Shown here: positions 22,253 to 33,386 of the stretch, piece by piece | How positions within the stretch are numbered: position 1 is the stretch's first letter | Layout: the number at the start of each line of letters is the position of its first letter | Assembly: GCA_965205865.1 (NCBI GenBank) | Contig: CBDBHR010000029.1 | Coordinates: forward strand, 608,001-672,000 | Source: a bacterium | GTDB lineage: Bacteria > SAR324 > NAC60-12 | Length of the DNA stretch: 64,000 bases | Direction of reading: 5' to 3' | Made by a program: the position numbers and the translations under genes | Notes under the pieces: model-generated | The model's database searches: none | Told to the model about the DNA's origin: nothing | What the model saw: the letters and a program-made list of their open reading frames with translations, nothing else

Positions 22253-22543
22253 TTATATTCTGTGTTTCCAGTATTCCGGATCTCGATGCAGATGCATCAC
22301 AGCTACAATGAAAATTTCTTTGTCTTCTTCCGCATATAGGATTTCGTATGGAAACCTTCTGATCAGAGATCTTCTGATTTCACCTACTATCATTGGCCAC
22401 GCCTTGGGGTGTGTCAGAGTTCTTTCAATCGTTATTTAGACCTCTACCGCGAAGTCATATCCCAAGCCTGCTTCCTTCTCTTCATAGTATTCAATAGCCT
22501 GATCAAATTCTGATTCAGCTTCCGGATGAAACAAATATTTCAT
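22253..22543 (-). pseudogene. RelE/ParE-family toxin with an internal nonsense codon
   Basis: Manual translation MKYLFHPEAESEFDQAIEYY...GLGYDFAVEV*...RRFPYEILY...VAVMHLHRDPEYW; TAA at 22436-22438. Confidence 0.85.
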
Positions 22544-22764
22544 AAGGAAAATCTCTTCCAAATTTTTTTAAATACTTCATCTCCTGGAATAGCCGCCACC
22601 TCACCCGACCTCAACTCTTTCAGTCTCCGCTTTGCAACGGCTGCCCATTTTTGATCAATATCTGATTCAGGGGGGTTAAGGCTTTTCAGTAGCGAATCAA
22701 CCACGATCACCCTCTCTTCAACTGGAAGAGAAATCGCCTCCGCTATTAGGTCTTTGGTCTTCAT
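22540..22764 (-). CDS. addiction-module antitoxin component
   Basis: LPVEER..VDSLLKSL...IDQKWAAVAKRR..ELRSG pattern; overlaps the toxin start (ATGA). Confidence 0.85.
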   Translation of the reverse strand: MKTKDLIAEAISLPVEERVIVVDSLLKSLNPPESDIDQKWAAVAKRRLKELRSGEVAAIPGDEVFKKIWKRFSL

Positions 22765-22852
22765 CGTATCTCCAATATAATTTATGAAAATGTGAATGAG
22801 CATTGAGAAAGCAAGAATTTGTTGTTTCCAACTAGTCTCCTTAAGCATTGTA

Positions 22853-23146
22853 CCTAAATCCTGCAATTAGATGACAATCAAACATGGAAATGGTAATATA
22901 CTCAAATAGTTAACAGCAGAATCAACATTTTAAGAGATCACCATTTCCATGAAAAACAAAGGTAGCACAAGATCGGCAAGAACGACAGCAAAAAACATCC
23001 ATATCAGCCAGGGAGGCAGAGACCTGACCGCGCAAGCAGGCTTGATTCCGGTTGTCAAATTTTTCACAAAGAAGGGATTGTTTCAAAGACAGAGCAGACC
23101 GTAGATCATCAGCGTGGCGCCACGGGTCTTTATGACGCGCTGGACA
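22853..23146 (+). mobile_element. truncated IS1380 copy (left end only)
   Basis: TIR plus the start of the transposase; similarity stops at the AAAAAGGGGTCAGGCC motif. Confidence 0.88.
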
Positions 23147-23161
23147 AAAAGGGGTCAGGCC

Positions 23162-25118
23162 GTGCGCCAGGAAAGCTGGCAAGAAATAGAGAGTGAAAGT
23201 CTCTTACTCGGTAAGGCAGTAACGACCCGCCGAGTCCCCGAGTCATGAGTGGTTATTCGCAAGGATAGGCGCTAAGCGTTGACAGGGGAGAACACAGGCT
23301 CGGTATTGAGCTCCGAAATCATAGTTTCAGGCGCTGACCTTGTGGTCTGGTGGGGAAGGCAATATCAACCGAAGGCGTTAGCGTGAGTCTCGGCTGAGCC
23401 TGGCGGAGTCGAAGACCCGGTGCATGTGTGGAAGTTTCTTGACCGGAACCTGGGAGATCCTGAAGACGACTGTCAACATTCTATTGGTAGTCGGGTCGGG
23501 AAAATTAATAAATAACCCCGACATCGACGTTTTCAGGAAGTCGGACAAGTTCGTAGTAGCGATGAAGCGGCGAACAATGAGATCATTTGTAGAGAGTAAC
23601 AATGCAAAGGAAATCAACGGAGCCTGTGGAGCAAAGGGACTTGGCTGAGAGGAATTCTGCTTGCCCTCCTGTGTTCGGAACTCAGAGGCCGGTAAAATCA
23701 GAGAGCGGTTTAAGCAGGGTGCGCCAAAGGGCGAAGAGGAACCCCCATCTTCAATTCAACAATCTCTTTCATCACATCAACCCTGACTTACTGCGGAGAG
23801 CTTACTTTGATCTCAATCGCAACTCAGCGGCGGGAGTGGACGAGGAGACCTGGAATGAGTATGGCATAAATCTCCTGGAGCGGATTAACGATCTGCACGG
23901 GAGGATCCACCAAGAACGTTATCGTCCTCACCCTTCTCTGCGAGTGTGGGTTCCTAAACCGGATGGCCGTCAAAGGCCAATCGGAATAGCCGCACTTGAA
24001 GACAAGATCGTACAACAAGCCCTTGTTTGGACGTTGGAATCGATCTATGAGGAGGATTTCCTTGGGTTTAGTTACGGGTTCCGACCCGGACGAAGCCAAC
24101 ATCAAGCCTTAGACGCTTTGTATGTGGCCATTACCCAACGGAAAGTGAGCTACATCTTAGATGCGGATATTCAAGGATTTTTCGACACAATTCAGCATGA
24201 TTGGATGCTGAAATTTATCGAGCATCGAATCTCCGACAAAAGGATTCTGCGTTTAGCAGAGAAAACGTTGCGCGCCGGAGTCATCGAAGAGGGGAAGTGG
24301 TCTGAAACGGTGGTCGGAACACCACAAGGTTCGGTAGTGTCTCCAATCTATTCAAATATCTACCTGCACTATGTTTTAGATCTATGGGTTAATCAATGGA
24401 GAAGGCGGGAAGCTCGGGGGGAAGTTTACATCATTCGCTATGCGGATGATTTCGTCGTGGGTTTTCAATATTCTGAAGATGGCCAGAAATTTAATCGCCA
24501 ACTAAGAGAACGCCTCTCTCAATTTGGACTGACTTTACATGAAGAGAAAACACGCCTCATCGAGTTCGGGCGATTTGCCGCCGATAACCGGGAAAAACAA
24601 GGTCTGGGAAAACCGGAAAGTTTCGACTTTTCAGGATTCACTCATGTCTGTGACACTCGGATAAAGGATGGAAAATTCAAGCTCACCCGTCTCACCATTT
24701 CCAAAAGGTTGCGAAAGAAGCTCAAAGAGATCAAACTTGAAGCGAAACGCAAACGTCATGAAAATGCGCATGAACAAGGAAAATGGCTCAGGTCTGTTTT
24801 AAACGGTCTGTACAACTACTATGGAGTCCCCGGCAACCGGAGTTCCTTGAATGCTTTTCGCACGGAAATCCATCGGACGTGGTTCAAATCACTAAGACGG
24901 AGGAGTCACAAAGCAAAGAGGATGAACTGGGAACGCTTCAAAGTACTGGTCAAACTACACATTCCTTCTGTAAGGACAACCCACCCGTATCCGAATCAAC
25001 GTTTGAGCGTCTGACTCGAAGCAGGAGCCGGATGCGTTAGCAGCGCACGTCCGGATTTGTACCGGAGGAATGACGAAAGGTGGCTGGAAACCACTATAAG
25101 TCAGTTCTTTACGGTGAC
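23162..25118 (+). mobile_element. group II intron with RT/maturase ORF
   Basis: GTGCG start, domain V GAGCCGGATGCGTTAGCAGCGCACGTCCGGAT, ...GTGAC end; boundaries confirmed by comparing three copies. Confidence 0.95.
23602..25014 (+). CDS. ltrA: group II intron reverse transcriptase/maturase, no HNH endonuclease domain
   Basis: RPIGIAALEDKIVQ, SYGFRPGR, GTPQG, RYADD, domain X; ends HPYPNQRLSV; start uncertain. Confidence 0.93.
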   Translation: MQRKSTEPVEQRDLAERNSACPPVFGTQRPVKSESGLSRVRQRAKRNPHLQFNNLFHHINPDLLRRAYFDLNRNSAAGVDEETWNEYGINLLERINDLHGRIHQERYRPHPSLRVWVPKPDGRQRPIGIAALEDKIVQQALVWTLESIYEEDFLGFSYGFRPGRSQHQALDALYVAITQRKVSYILDADIQGFFDTIQHDWMLKFIEHRISDKRILRLAEKTLRAGVIEEGKWSETVVGTPQGSVVSPIYSNIYLHYVLDLWVNQWRRREARGEVYIIRYADDFVVGFQYSEDGQKFNRQLRERLSQFGLTLHEEKTRLIEFGRFAADNREKQGLGKPESFDFSGFTHVCDTRIKDGKFKLTRLTISKRLRKKLKEIKLEAKRKRHENAHEQGKWLRSVLNGLYNYYGVPGNRSSLNAFRTEIHRTWFKSLRRRSHKAKRMNWERFKVLVKLHIPSVRTTHPYPNQRLSV

Positions 25119-25130
25119 CCTTTGGTGCGC

Positions 25131-25262
25131 TTACCAATTGAAAGGGTTGATCAATCAGGCTAGGAGGCCTCGTTTGCGTTTCCTCTTTGTGGCACCATAA
25201 CTTCCATGAGCACCTCGCAGCTGCGGATCGAGCAAGTCTCTCACCACATCACCGAACAGGTT
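25131..25262 (-). pseudogene. 3'-terminal fragment of a DppC-like permease
   Basis: Translates NLFGDVVRDLLDPQLRGAHGSYGATKRKRKRGLLA*LINPFNW. Confidence 0.75.
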
Positions 25263-25475
25263 GAGAGTAGACGACAATCGTCAGGAAAAGCCCCGGCCAG
25301 AGCGCCAGCCAAAATTTCACGTAAGTTATTTTCTGATTGACATTGAACCAACATACCGGTAATTAGGAAGGATCTTTCCCGAATGCCATTCACGGGATCA
25401 AGGGTATCGGGAAGATTGACACACACGATTATTTCACGCAGATACTGCGTAACTTTAAACTAAAGGAGTCCAACA

Positions 25476-26594
25476 ATGCCTTCAATTTCAGGACCTGAAG
25501 AGGGTCCCGTCGCCGTCACCGGCGCATCCGGTTACATCGGATCTCATCTCGTTAAAAACCTGGTAGAAGCGGGATACAACGTTTACGCCTGCGTCCGCGA
25601 CACCAGCCGAACCGACAAGATCTCCTATCTCCATGCCATGGACGAGAAAGGACCTGGTAATATCGAACTGTATTCCTGTGACCTGATAAAGGCCGCAGAA
25701 GGCTCCTATGACGAAGCATTCGCGGGATGCTCCGCGGTATTTCACGTAGCCGCAGATATCGGTACCGATCCGACCTACGGCAAACCCTCGCCACAACGTA
25801 TATACGATGGATTGCTGGACGCCACTGGTGGCGTTCTCGAATCCTGCAGAAAAGCAGGCACCGTTAAACGCGTTGTCTACACGTCTTCATGCGCCGCAAT
25901 TATGGGGGGAGGTCGTTTTGCCGACTACATCTATACCGAAGAGGATTGGGTGGGGGGTTCTTATGAAAGTCTGGAAGAAAGACACACCTCTACCAATCCG
26001 GAAGGCAAAATATCTATGAACTGGACAGTTGAGCAAAAGGATTATGCCAAAGGCAAGGTCGATGCTGAAAAATTGGGCTACGCGTTTGGTGAGAAACATG
26101 GCATCGATGTGGTTTCCTGCTGTCCATGTCATGTGCTCGGCCCCTTGCTGGGGAAACCGCACAATACGATCTGGCAGCATCGGATTGGTCTCTTCCTCTC
26201 TGGCACGACCTTTCGCGACCTCACTTTTGCGCCAGTAGACGGTCCTGGTATGCGATGGAATATCATCGACGTCCGGGATATTGCCGAAGCACAACGCTTG
26301 ATGGCAACCAGCGAGGTTGCGCAAAATGGTTCAAGATACATGCTGGTCGCGACCGATGAGTCAGGGGAACTTTCCATGCGTATGCTGCTCGACCTGCTTG
26401 CTGAACTGTATCCGGAAATCGATGTTGCCAGAGATTATGACCCACCAGCCACTGATGCCAGACTACGGGCACGGTGTACCAAAGCCATCACGGAACTGGG
26501 TCTGAAAACCCATCATGTGAGGGATACCCTGAAAGCGACCGGCGATACGCTGATCGAGTTCGGCTGTATCACACCCGCTCGCAAGTCGAACTAG
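25476..26594 (+). CDS. NAD-dependent epimerase/dehydratase (dihydroflavonol-reductase-like SDR)
   Basis: VTGASGYIGS, VFHVAA, VYTSS, YAKGK, DVRDIA. Confidence 0.9.
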   Translation: MPSISGPEEGPVAVTGASGYIGSHLVKNLVEAGYNVYACVRDTSRTDKISYLHAMDEKGPGNIELYSCDLIKAAEGSYDEAFAGCSAVFHVAADIGTDPTYGKPSPQRIYDGLLDATGGVLESCRKAGTVKRVVYTSSCAAIMGGGRFADYIYTEEDWVGGSYESLEERHTSTNPEGKISMNWTVEQKDYAKGKVDAEKLGYAFGEKHGIDVVSCCPCHVLGPLLGKPHNTIWQHRIGLFLSGTTFRDLTFAPVDGPGMRWNIIDVRDIAEAQRLMATSEVAQNGSRYMLVATDESGELSMRMLLDLLAELYPEIDVARDYDPPATDARLRARCTKAITELGLKTHHVRDTLKATGDTLIEFGCITPARKSN

Positions 26595-26760
26595 TACACT
26601 GTCAGCTTGAAATTTACGGGTATGGTAGGGCGGGACTGCTGCTCCAGCGTACCGGTTCCCGCCAAAAAACGCCGGAGTTGGTACACCGCGCGGTAGTCCG
26701 ACCGGTACGCCGAGCGGCTACCATAAACAATGATGGGAATGCGCTAATTTACCTACCTTC

Positions 26761-27000
26761 TCAGAACCCCATCTCTTTCTTCAGTTCCTGATCGACCCAA
26801 ATTAAGGCGAGCCAGGGTTTGTTCACAGTTATGCCGAGATCAGTTTCCCCGTTGTGGCCCTTGATCCACGGCTGGGTGGCACCGAACGGGGGTGCCAGTG
26901 GCCCCCTGATCACCCACAGCATCTCGGCGACGCGCAGGTCGGCCTTCCGCACCCACTCCTTCTGTTCCTCCAGCGTGGTAGCGGCCAGCGCGTTCTCGAA
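26761..27000 (-). pseudogene. C-terminal fragment of a third family-5 substrate-binding protein
   Basis: QPWIKGHNGE...IWVDQELKKEMGF matches the C-termini of the two other SBPs; breaks at AAAAGGGACAGGCC. Confidence 0.8.
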
Positions 27001-27002
27001 GG

Positions 27003-27087
27003 AAAAGGGACAGGCCCCTTTATTCTCTTTTTCTCTAATCAAATGAAGGAATCCCTTGCAAATAATTAGTAACTGTCCCCGGATTTT
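27003..27087. repeat. inward-facing GGG(G)ACAG motif pair (REPIN-like)
   Basis: AAAAGGGACAGGCCCC ... GTAACTGTCCCCGGATTTT. Confidence 0.65.
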
Positions 27088-27111
27088 GGTAGCGAAAGGG
27101 ACAAAAACGAC

Positions 27112-28359
27112 TTACATCGTCCAGCGTCCGGAAGCGCAGGATCGATATCCTAGCGCTCGATAAGTGGCATCCAACAGGCCTTGGCCACGTTCATTGAGGG
27201 TTGTCCCGGGTCCCATTTTGTTCATGCAATACCCAAATGACATTTCGGCCACCGGATCGGCCATACCAAAGGAACCACCAAAGCCCGGGTGTCCAAAGGC
27301 GTCTTCGGACATCAACAAGCTGTCAAGGTTGTGCGGTTTCCCCTTTCGATTATCAATCGCTTTCATGAAAACCTCGGAAAAACGGGTCGGTATAAGGAGT
27401 GATTTATCCAATTGCGTCGCGGAAGCAACTGCCCCCATACGGGCTAAGCTATCCGCATCCACCAATTCGAGGTCTCCCAGGCTGCCGCCGCAAGCCTGCG
27501 GTGCATAAATACTGGCCATTCCCCTGGCATTGGCGATCCCACCGGCGGCCGGGATTTCGGCCCTGAAAGCCTCCGGGGATTGGAATGCCCCTGCAGTGTA
27601 ACCGCCGTCGTTGGTAACAATCTTGGCTTGAAGCCCTTCCGGGTCTGTGGCCACACTGGCAAAAAAGTCGTTTGGCGGATCGGGTTGTTCCGGAAAGATC
27701 ATGGCCGCCACCCGGGAATGGTGTTCGTCGGGTAATCCAATCCAAAAATCGACACCCAACGGCCCCGAGATCTCTTCCTGAAGGAACTGACCGACGGTTT
27801 TCCCAGTAACCCGTTTTATTATTTCGCCGTTCAGCCAACCGAAAAGAAGTGAATGGTACCCCTGGTCCGCACCAGGTTCCCACCATAGCTCTCCTTCTTC
27901 CAGCATTTTGGTCAGCACTTCCGGATTAAAGCAGCTGCCCTCCGGCATGGTTTCTTTGAGATGAGGTAAGCCGGCAGTGTGGTTTAGAAACATTTTTACC
28001 CTGGTATTCTCTTTCTGCTCTTTGCCATTTTCCGGCCAATAATTGGCAACCGGGGCATCCAGATCCAGCATTCCTCGAGATGCCAGAACGTGCATACAGA
28101 TTGCCGTGGCACCTTTGGTGCTGGACCATACAAGAGCCAAGGTGTCACGGGTCCAGGGATCCCGGGTTTCTGCGTTAGCTACACCACCCCACAGATTGAC
28201 CACGGTTTTACCCCCTTGAGTGACAAAAACGGAAGCGCCCACTTCTTTCCTGGCTCTGAAGTTGAGTTCGAATTGCGCAAGAACACCGGCAAAGGCAGGA
28301 TCGCAAAACCCGTTTACCTGGATCTCGCCGGATGGAGTTTGAATTGTTCGACTAATCAT
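27112..28359 (-). CDS. serine hydrolase, beta-lactamase/esterase (EstA-like) family
   Basis: WSSTK (SxxK), LNHTAGL, GYH, FGHPGFGGS. Confidence 0.9.
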   Translation of the reverse strand: MISRTIQTPSGEIQVNGFCDPAFAGVLAQFELNFRARKEVGASVFVTQGGKTVVNLWGGVANAETRDPWTRDTLALVWSSTKGATAICMHVLASRGMLDLDAPVANYWPENGKEQKENTRVKMFLNHTAGLPHLKETMPEGSCFNPEVLTKMLEEGELWWEPGADQGYHSLLFGWLNGEIIKRVTGKTVGQFLQEEISGPLGVDFWIGLPDEHHSRVAAMIFPEQPDPPNDFFASVATDPEGLQAKIVTNDGGYTAGAFQSPEAFRAEIPAAGGIANARGMASIYAPQACGGSLGDLELVDADSLARMGAVASATQLDKSLLIPTRFSEVFMKAIDNRKGKPHNLDSLLMSEDAFGHPGFGGSFGMADPVAEMSFGYCMNKMGPGTTLNERGQGLLDATYRALGYRSCASGRWTM

Positions 28360-28496
28360 GATTGTCCTCCTCGATGAATTTTAAGCACGGATTACTTATT
28401 TGCCTTTCAATCCCGGTGCGTTCTGTTTCGTCCGGCTTGATATATGACTTGACTATCTATAAACAAATTTCCGTTCACCCGGCTCCTTGGGTGCGC

Positions 28497-29465
28497 TTAC
28501 CAATTGAAAGGGGAGAGGAGCCGGGCCAGGAATCCTCGTTTGCGTTTCACCGCTGCACCATAACCGCCCTGCCCACCCCTCAGCCTGGGATCGAGCAAGT
28601 CTCTCAATGCGTCGCCAAACATGTTGATGCTGTAGATCACGATACTAAGGGCAAGACCAGGCCACAGGGCTAGCATCGGAGCTATCTCCATGTATTTACG
28701 CCCTTCTCCACTGAGCATACTACCCCAACTAGCAATCTCCGGAGGCAGACCATATCCCAGGAAGCCGAGGGCGGCTTCAGTCAGGATTATACTTCCTTTG
28801 GTTGTCGTATAAATCACAATAATGGGAGCCATAATATTAGGCATGATATGACGGACAAGTGTTCTTACGGTGCTGCTTCCGACAGCCTCCGCCGCCGACA
28901 CATACACATTCTCTTTGATACCGATGACGGCACTTTTCACTACCCTTGAGCTGTAAATGCCACTTAACACACCCAAAACAACTATTACCTGCATTAAGCC
29001 CTGACCCACCAGGGACATTACCGTTATCAGAAGGAGCAGAGCCGGGAAGACCACCACGGCATCAACAAACCTCTGTACTACCACGTCCATCTTACCGCCG
29101 AAGAATCCTGTAGGAACGCCTATCAATACAGCGATAACTAAATGGAGAGTAGTTGCCGTCAATCCGACAACTACCGAAATACGAGCGCCGTAGATAAGAC
29201 GGCTCAAGATATCTCTTCCTAACGCATCTGTACCGAGCCAGTACTCAGCTGACGCTCCCTCCAGCATGACCCTGAGGTTGATTTCATTCATGCCATAGGG
29301 TGCCAGGACGTCAGCAAAGATTGCAGTGAGAAGCAAGAGCAAAATGACAACCCCACACGCGGCCCCCAGTGGTTTCTCCTTTACCAACCTTAGCAGGAAA
29401 TCAACCAGCGGGGAATGCCTCTTTGCTTCGACTGTTTCTACACCTGCGCCGTCCACGCTACTCAT
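28497..29465 (-). CDS. peptide ABC transporter permease (DppC-like)
   Basis: LGTDALGRD, RHIMPN, GDALRDLLDPR. Confidence 0.92.
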   Translation of the reverse strand: MSSVDGAGVETVEAKRHSPLVDFLLRLVKEKPLGAACGVVILLLLLTAIFADVLAPYGMNEINLRVMLEGASAEYWLGTDALGRDILSRLIYGARISVVVGLTATTLHLVIAVLIGVPTGFFGGKMDVVVQRFVDAVVVFPALLLLITVMSLVGQGLMQVIVVLGVLSGIYSSRVVKSAVIGIKENVYVSAAEAVGSSTVRTLVRHIMPNIMAPIIVIYTTTKGSIILTEAALGFLGYGLPPEIASWGSMLSGEGRKYMEIAPMLALWPGLALSIVIYSINMFGDALRDLLDPRLRGGQGGYGAAVKRKRGFLARLLSPFNW

Positions 29466-29478
29466 GCCTTCACTCCCT

Positions 29479-30440
29479 TCAACTATACCGGATCCTCGGT
29501 TCCAGCCAACCATAGCTGATGTCAATTAGTAGGTTAGATCCTACTACAAGCACGGCGACAAACAGGTTTATCCCGGAAACAATAGGGTAGTCCCTCCGGT
29601 TTAAGGAATGCAACATGAGACTGCCCAGTCCGGGCAGGACAAATATCTGCTCAATGATGACCGCACCACCAATCAGATAGGGCAAATGAGTTCCTATCAG
29701 GGTGACTAAGGGAATCAGGGCATTCTTAAGGGCATGCCGAACGATGACCACCCTCTCCTTGAGTCCCTTTGACCAGGCGGTCCTTATATAGTCCTGCCGC
29801 AGAACCTCCAGCATCATCGTGCGCGTCATTCTCATGATCCCCCCACAAAGAAACATAGCCAGAATAGAGGCAGGAATTATGAACATGCCAAGGTTGCCGA
29901 GCGGATCCTCGCTAAACGGAATTAGCTTCATTGATGGCGACCACCCCCAGTAAAGTGAGGGGTAGAGCATTACCATTGTCCCAATCCAGAAACTGGGTAG
30001 AGAGAGAGAAAAACGATAGCAATACTTCGCCCGATGTAGTCGCCGATGGTATCCTGCCGTATTGATGAGTAGATTCCTGTCGGTATGCCTACCAGCAACG
30101 CTAAAATCAAAGCCAGGAAGCTGATCTCAAAGGTTACCCATACTCTTCCGAAGATTTTTCCGGCCACATCCTTACCACTACGCAAAGACTCCCCGAGACT
30201 GCCATGCAAAATGATGTCTCCTATCCAGCGTCGGTACTGCACGTGTATAGGTACATTCAGCCCAAGTTTTTCCTCAATTGCCTCGCGGTCAACCTTGTTG
30301 CCAGAAAAAGTTCCCATCTCACCTAGAATTACGTCTACCACGTCACCCGGGATGAAACGTATGGTAAGAAAGACGAGAATAGTTACCAATAATACTGTTG
30401 GTATAAGTAACAGTGATCTTCTGATTATGTAAGCAGTCAT
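29479..30440 (-). pseudogene. DppB-like permease frameshifted in a (CT)n tract
   Basis: ORFs 29970-30440 and 29479-29976 join into one frame (FLSLPSFWIG) if one CT unit at ~29998-30009 is removed. Confidence 0.88.
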
Positions 30441-30711
30441 ATTATTGAGCCTAACAAGTATTTCAAGTGACTATCCATCGCTTTTCGCTCCAGTCAATGG
30501 CTTTGGCATGGGTAGATACGTTAGCAGGGCCAAGCTCAGCGGTTTCGCCACCGACGTCCACTTGGTTGAAGGGAAACCAATAGCCAAACGAGTTAGAATC
30601 CCTGGTATCACCCCCAAATATCAAACTCAAGCGTACTTGAGAACCCCTCTGTCACTGAGGTCAGTGGCAGGCACTGTGGATGGTATCGGATATATCACAC
30701 AGGCGACGGGC

Positions 30712-30743
30712 ATTACAAGCCCATCCAGCGATGGGCTTGTAAT
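30712..30743. terminator. 14-bp perfect hairpin downstream of the SBP gene (terminator or mRNA-stabilising stem)
   Basis: ATTACAAGCCCATC-CAGC-GATGGGCTTGTAAT. Confidence 0.55.
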
Positions 30744-31095
30744 TTCATTCTCCTTGCAATGACACGAGAAGGCGGCTTCTAACGGCCCTTCTCTTCCTTC
30801 ACGTCTTGATAAACCCAGGTAAACCGCAATGGCGACGCAGGGCTATCAAGAAGGTCAATATTACTTTCTCCAAAGTAACCACCCACCCACGGCTGCCAGA
30901 AGGTATACTCGAAACCGGTAGGACCCCATACATTGAGGTGCTGGCCAATGAGGTACATATCGGCCTCTATAGCCCCATCCTTTAACTCTTCAATGGTAGT
31001 CGCCGCATTCACCTTCTCATCAATGAGGGCGTCATAGACTGGGTCTTTGAAACCGTGCCAGTTCCACGGGCCGTCTGTTACATAAAGTAATACTA

Positions 31096-32791
31096 CCTAA
31101 ATCCTGCAATTAGATGACAATCAAACATGGAAATGGTAATATACTCAAATAGTTAACACCAGAATCAACATTTTAAGAGATCACCATTACCATGAAAAAC
31201 AAAGGTAGCGCAAGATCGGCAAGAACGACAGCAAAAAACATCCATATCAGCCAGGGAGGCAGAGACCTGACCGCGCAAGCAGGCTTGATTCCGGTTGTCA
31301 AATTTTTTCACAAAGAAGGGATTGTTTCAAAGACAGAGCAGACCGTAGATCATCGGCGTGGCGCCACGGGTCTTTATGACGCGGTGGACATGGTCATTTT
31401 GTCGGTGGTCGGCATTGTTGGTGGCGCCCGTTCGATTCGTTCGATTGTGACAGTTTGGAACGACCGTGTTTTGAGTCGTGTGGCCGGTTGGCTGAGGATT
31501 CCGGATGAAACCACATTCGGCCGGATACTGCGTACTTTCACACAGAAAAACATCAATGAGATGGAGAGCTTGAACCATCGGATTCGAGCCGGTATCTGGC
31601 GTAAGGCGCTTCGAAGTGGGACAAGCATCGTTGGGGTGTTACACTGTCTTGTGATTGACGTGGACTCCACTGTGAAAACGGCCTACGGCAAGCAGCAAGG
31701 AGTGTCTGTCGGATATAATCCCCACAAACGCGGTGCAGCTTCGTATCATCCTCTGCTGGCATTTTGCGCAGAGACAAAGGAGATTCTTCAGGGTTGGCTT
31801 CGTGATGGGAGTGCCTATACCAGCAATGGAGTCGTTGAATTCATGCGGCAACTTCTCGCTCACCTTCCAAATCGGACTCGCACTCTGTTTCGTGGAGACA
31901 GTGGTTTTTTTGTGGGGGATTTGCTGGATTTCCTCGAAGAACGAGGCCATGGCTATCTGATCAAGGTCAAACTCAAGGGGCTTGTCTCGTTGTTGGAAAC
32001 CCAAAAATGGCAAAAAGTGAAGGGGCAGCCCGCTTGGGAAGGGTGTGAGTTTTCCCACCAATGTGAAACTTGGAGGAGGTCAAGAAAATTCATGGCCGTA
32101 CGCAGGGAGAAAGAGGAGGAACTCAAAGGGATGGCCACCCTCTTTGAGATGAAGGAGTACGATTATTTTTGTTATGTTCTCACTGACGCGCTCACTCCCT
32201 GGCAGGCTCACAAAGAGTATGGCCAAAGGGCGGTCGCTGAGACATGGATTGAGGAAGCAAAAAATCAAACTGCGCTGGCTCAGATTAAAACCGACGATTT
32301 TTGGGCCAACAGTGCCTTGTTCCAATGCGCGATACTCGCTTACAACACGCTGCGCTGGATGGCCCTTTGTAGTGGTAACGCAATACTGCGCCGTTGGGAA
32401 CCGGCCACCATGCGCACCTATCTTGTCCGAATGGCAGGAAAATGGACGAGTGGCGCTCGTCAACAAAAACTGAGAGTTCCGGAAAGAACACTTTACAATG
32501 CTCAATGGGATGCATGGGTCGCTGTTGGAGAGACCTGGATCCTTTGTTTCACTCCAGTGGATACATTTTGCTGAGATGTAGATTCCCAAATCCAGGGAGA
32601 AGTACGTCTTGAATCTTGTGCCCGCGAAAGCGGGTATCAGATCATCACAAAATATGACGATCTAATGGAGGGCGGAAAAACCTTTATGAGCAAGGACTGA
32701 TGGAAATTCAACTCTCAACTCCTTTTTTTTAAAAAAACCTCTCAAAGAGTGAGGGGAAACTCAATCAAAATATTCAATTGCAGGATTTAGG
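31096..32791 (+). mobile_element. IS1380-family IS, copy B
   Basis: Same TIRs as copy A; target duplication TACTA. Confidence 0.95.
31192..32574 (+). CDS. IS1380-family transposase
   Basis: 460 aa, near-identical to 9494-10876. Confidence 0.93.
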   Translation: MKNKGSARSARTTAKNIHISQGGRDLTAQAGLIPVVKFFHKEGIVSKTEQTVDHRRGATGLYDAVDMVILSVVGIVGGARSIRSIVTVWNDRVLSRVAGWLRIPDETTFGRILRTFTQKNINEMESLNHRIRAGIWRKALRSGTSIVGVLHCLVIDVDSTVKTAYGKQQGVSVGYNPHKRGAASYHPLLAFCAETKEILQGWLRDGSAYTSNGVVEFMRQLLAHLPNRTRTLFRGDSGFFVGDLLDFLEERGHGYLIKVKLKGLVSLLETQKWQKVKGQPAWEGCEFSHQCETWRRSRKFMAVRREKEEELKGMATLFEMKEYDYFCYVLTDALTPWQAHKEYGQRAVAETWIEEAKNQTALAQIKTDDFWANSALFQCAILAYNTLRWMALCSGNAILRRWEPATMRTYLVRMAGKWTSGARQQKLRVPERTLYNAQWDAWVAVGETWILCFTPVDTFC

Positions 32792-33386
32792 TACTATAGG
32801 AACTACGGGATAGTTATTGCCTTTTAGGCCAACTACCATACCGTCATAGTTTTCCCCCCTGCAGCTAAGCATCGACATAAAAGTGGCAAACTCCACCTGA
32901 TTAATCTCCAGCTCGATGCCAATCTCAGCAAGGTAGGAGGCAACTATTTGGGCCCACCCTACGTCCAGACCGCCGACCCATGAGTCGTTGATATGGTAGG
33001 TGGTCTTAAATCTAATGCCATCGGCACCAGGGGTATACCCAGCCTCATCAAGGAGTGCCTTTGCCTTTTCCGGGTTGTAGGTATGCTCCGCCTGAAGCTC
33101 TTCAGGCCACTCATCAAACGGTTTAAACCACCCGATAACGGCTGGCCCGCCAAAGCCCCTAGGTGTGGGGTCGGTTTTACCCTTGTAGTAGGTCTGGGAA
33201 ACGGTGGGGATGTCAATTGCCATCTGCATCGCCTTGCGCACCCTGTTGTCATCAAAGGGTGGCTTTGTGACGTTCAGGGCCATATTTTGCTTGTTTTGGC
33301 CTAACGGTCCTGCCCTGAATTGGAGTTCAGGGCTGTTCTCTATTAGACCCTCTGCCACTTTGGGTTCAACACCAATTAATATATCA

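Noticed and set aside
23602-25014. RT as retron, DGR or defence RT
   Set aside because: It lies within clear group II intron RNA boundaries with domain V and has a maturase domain X; no TR/VR pair seen.
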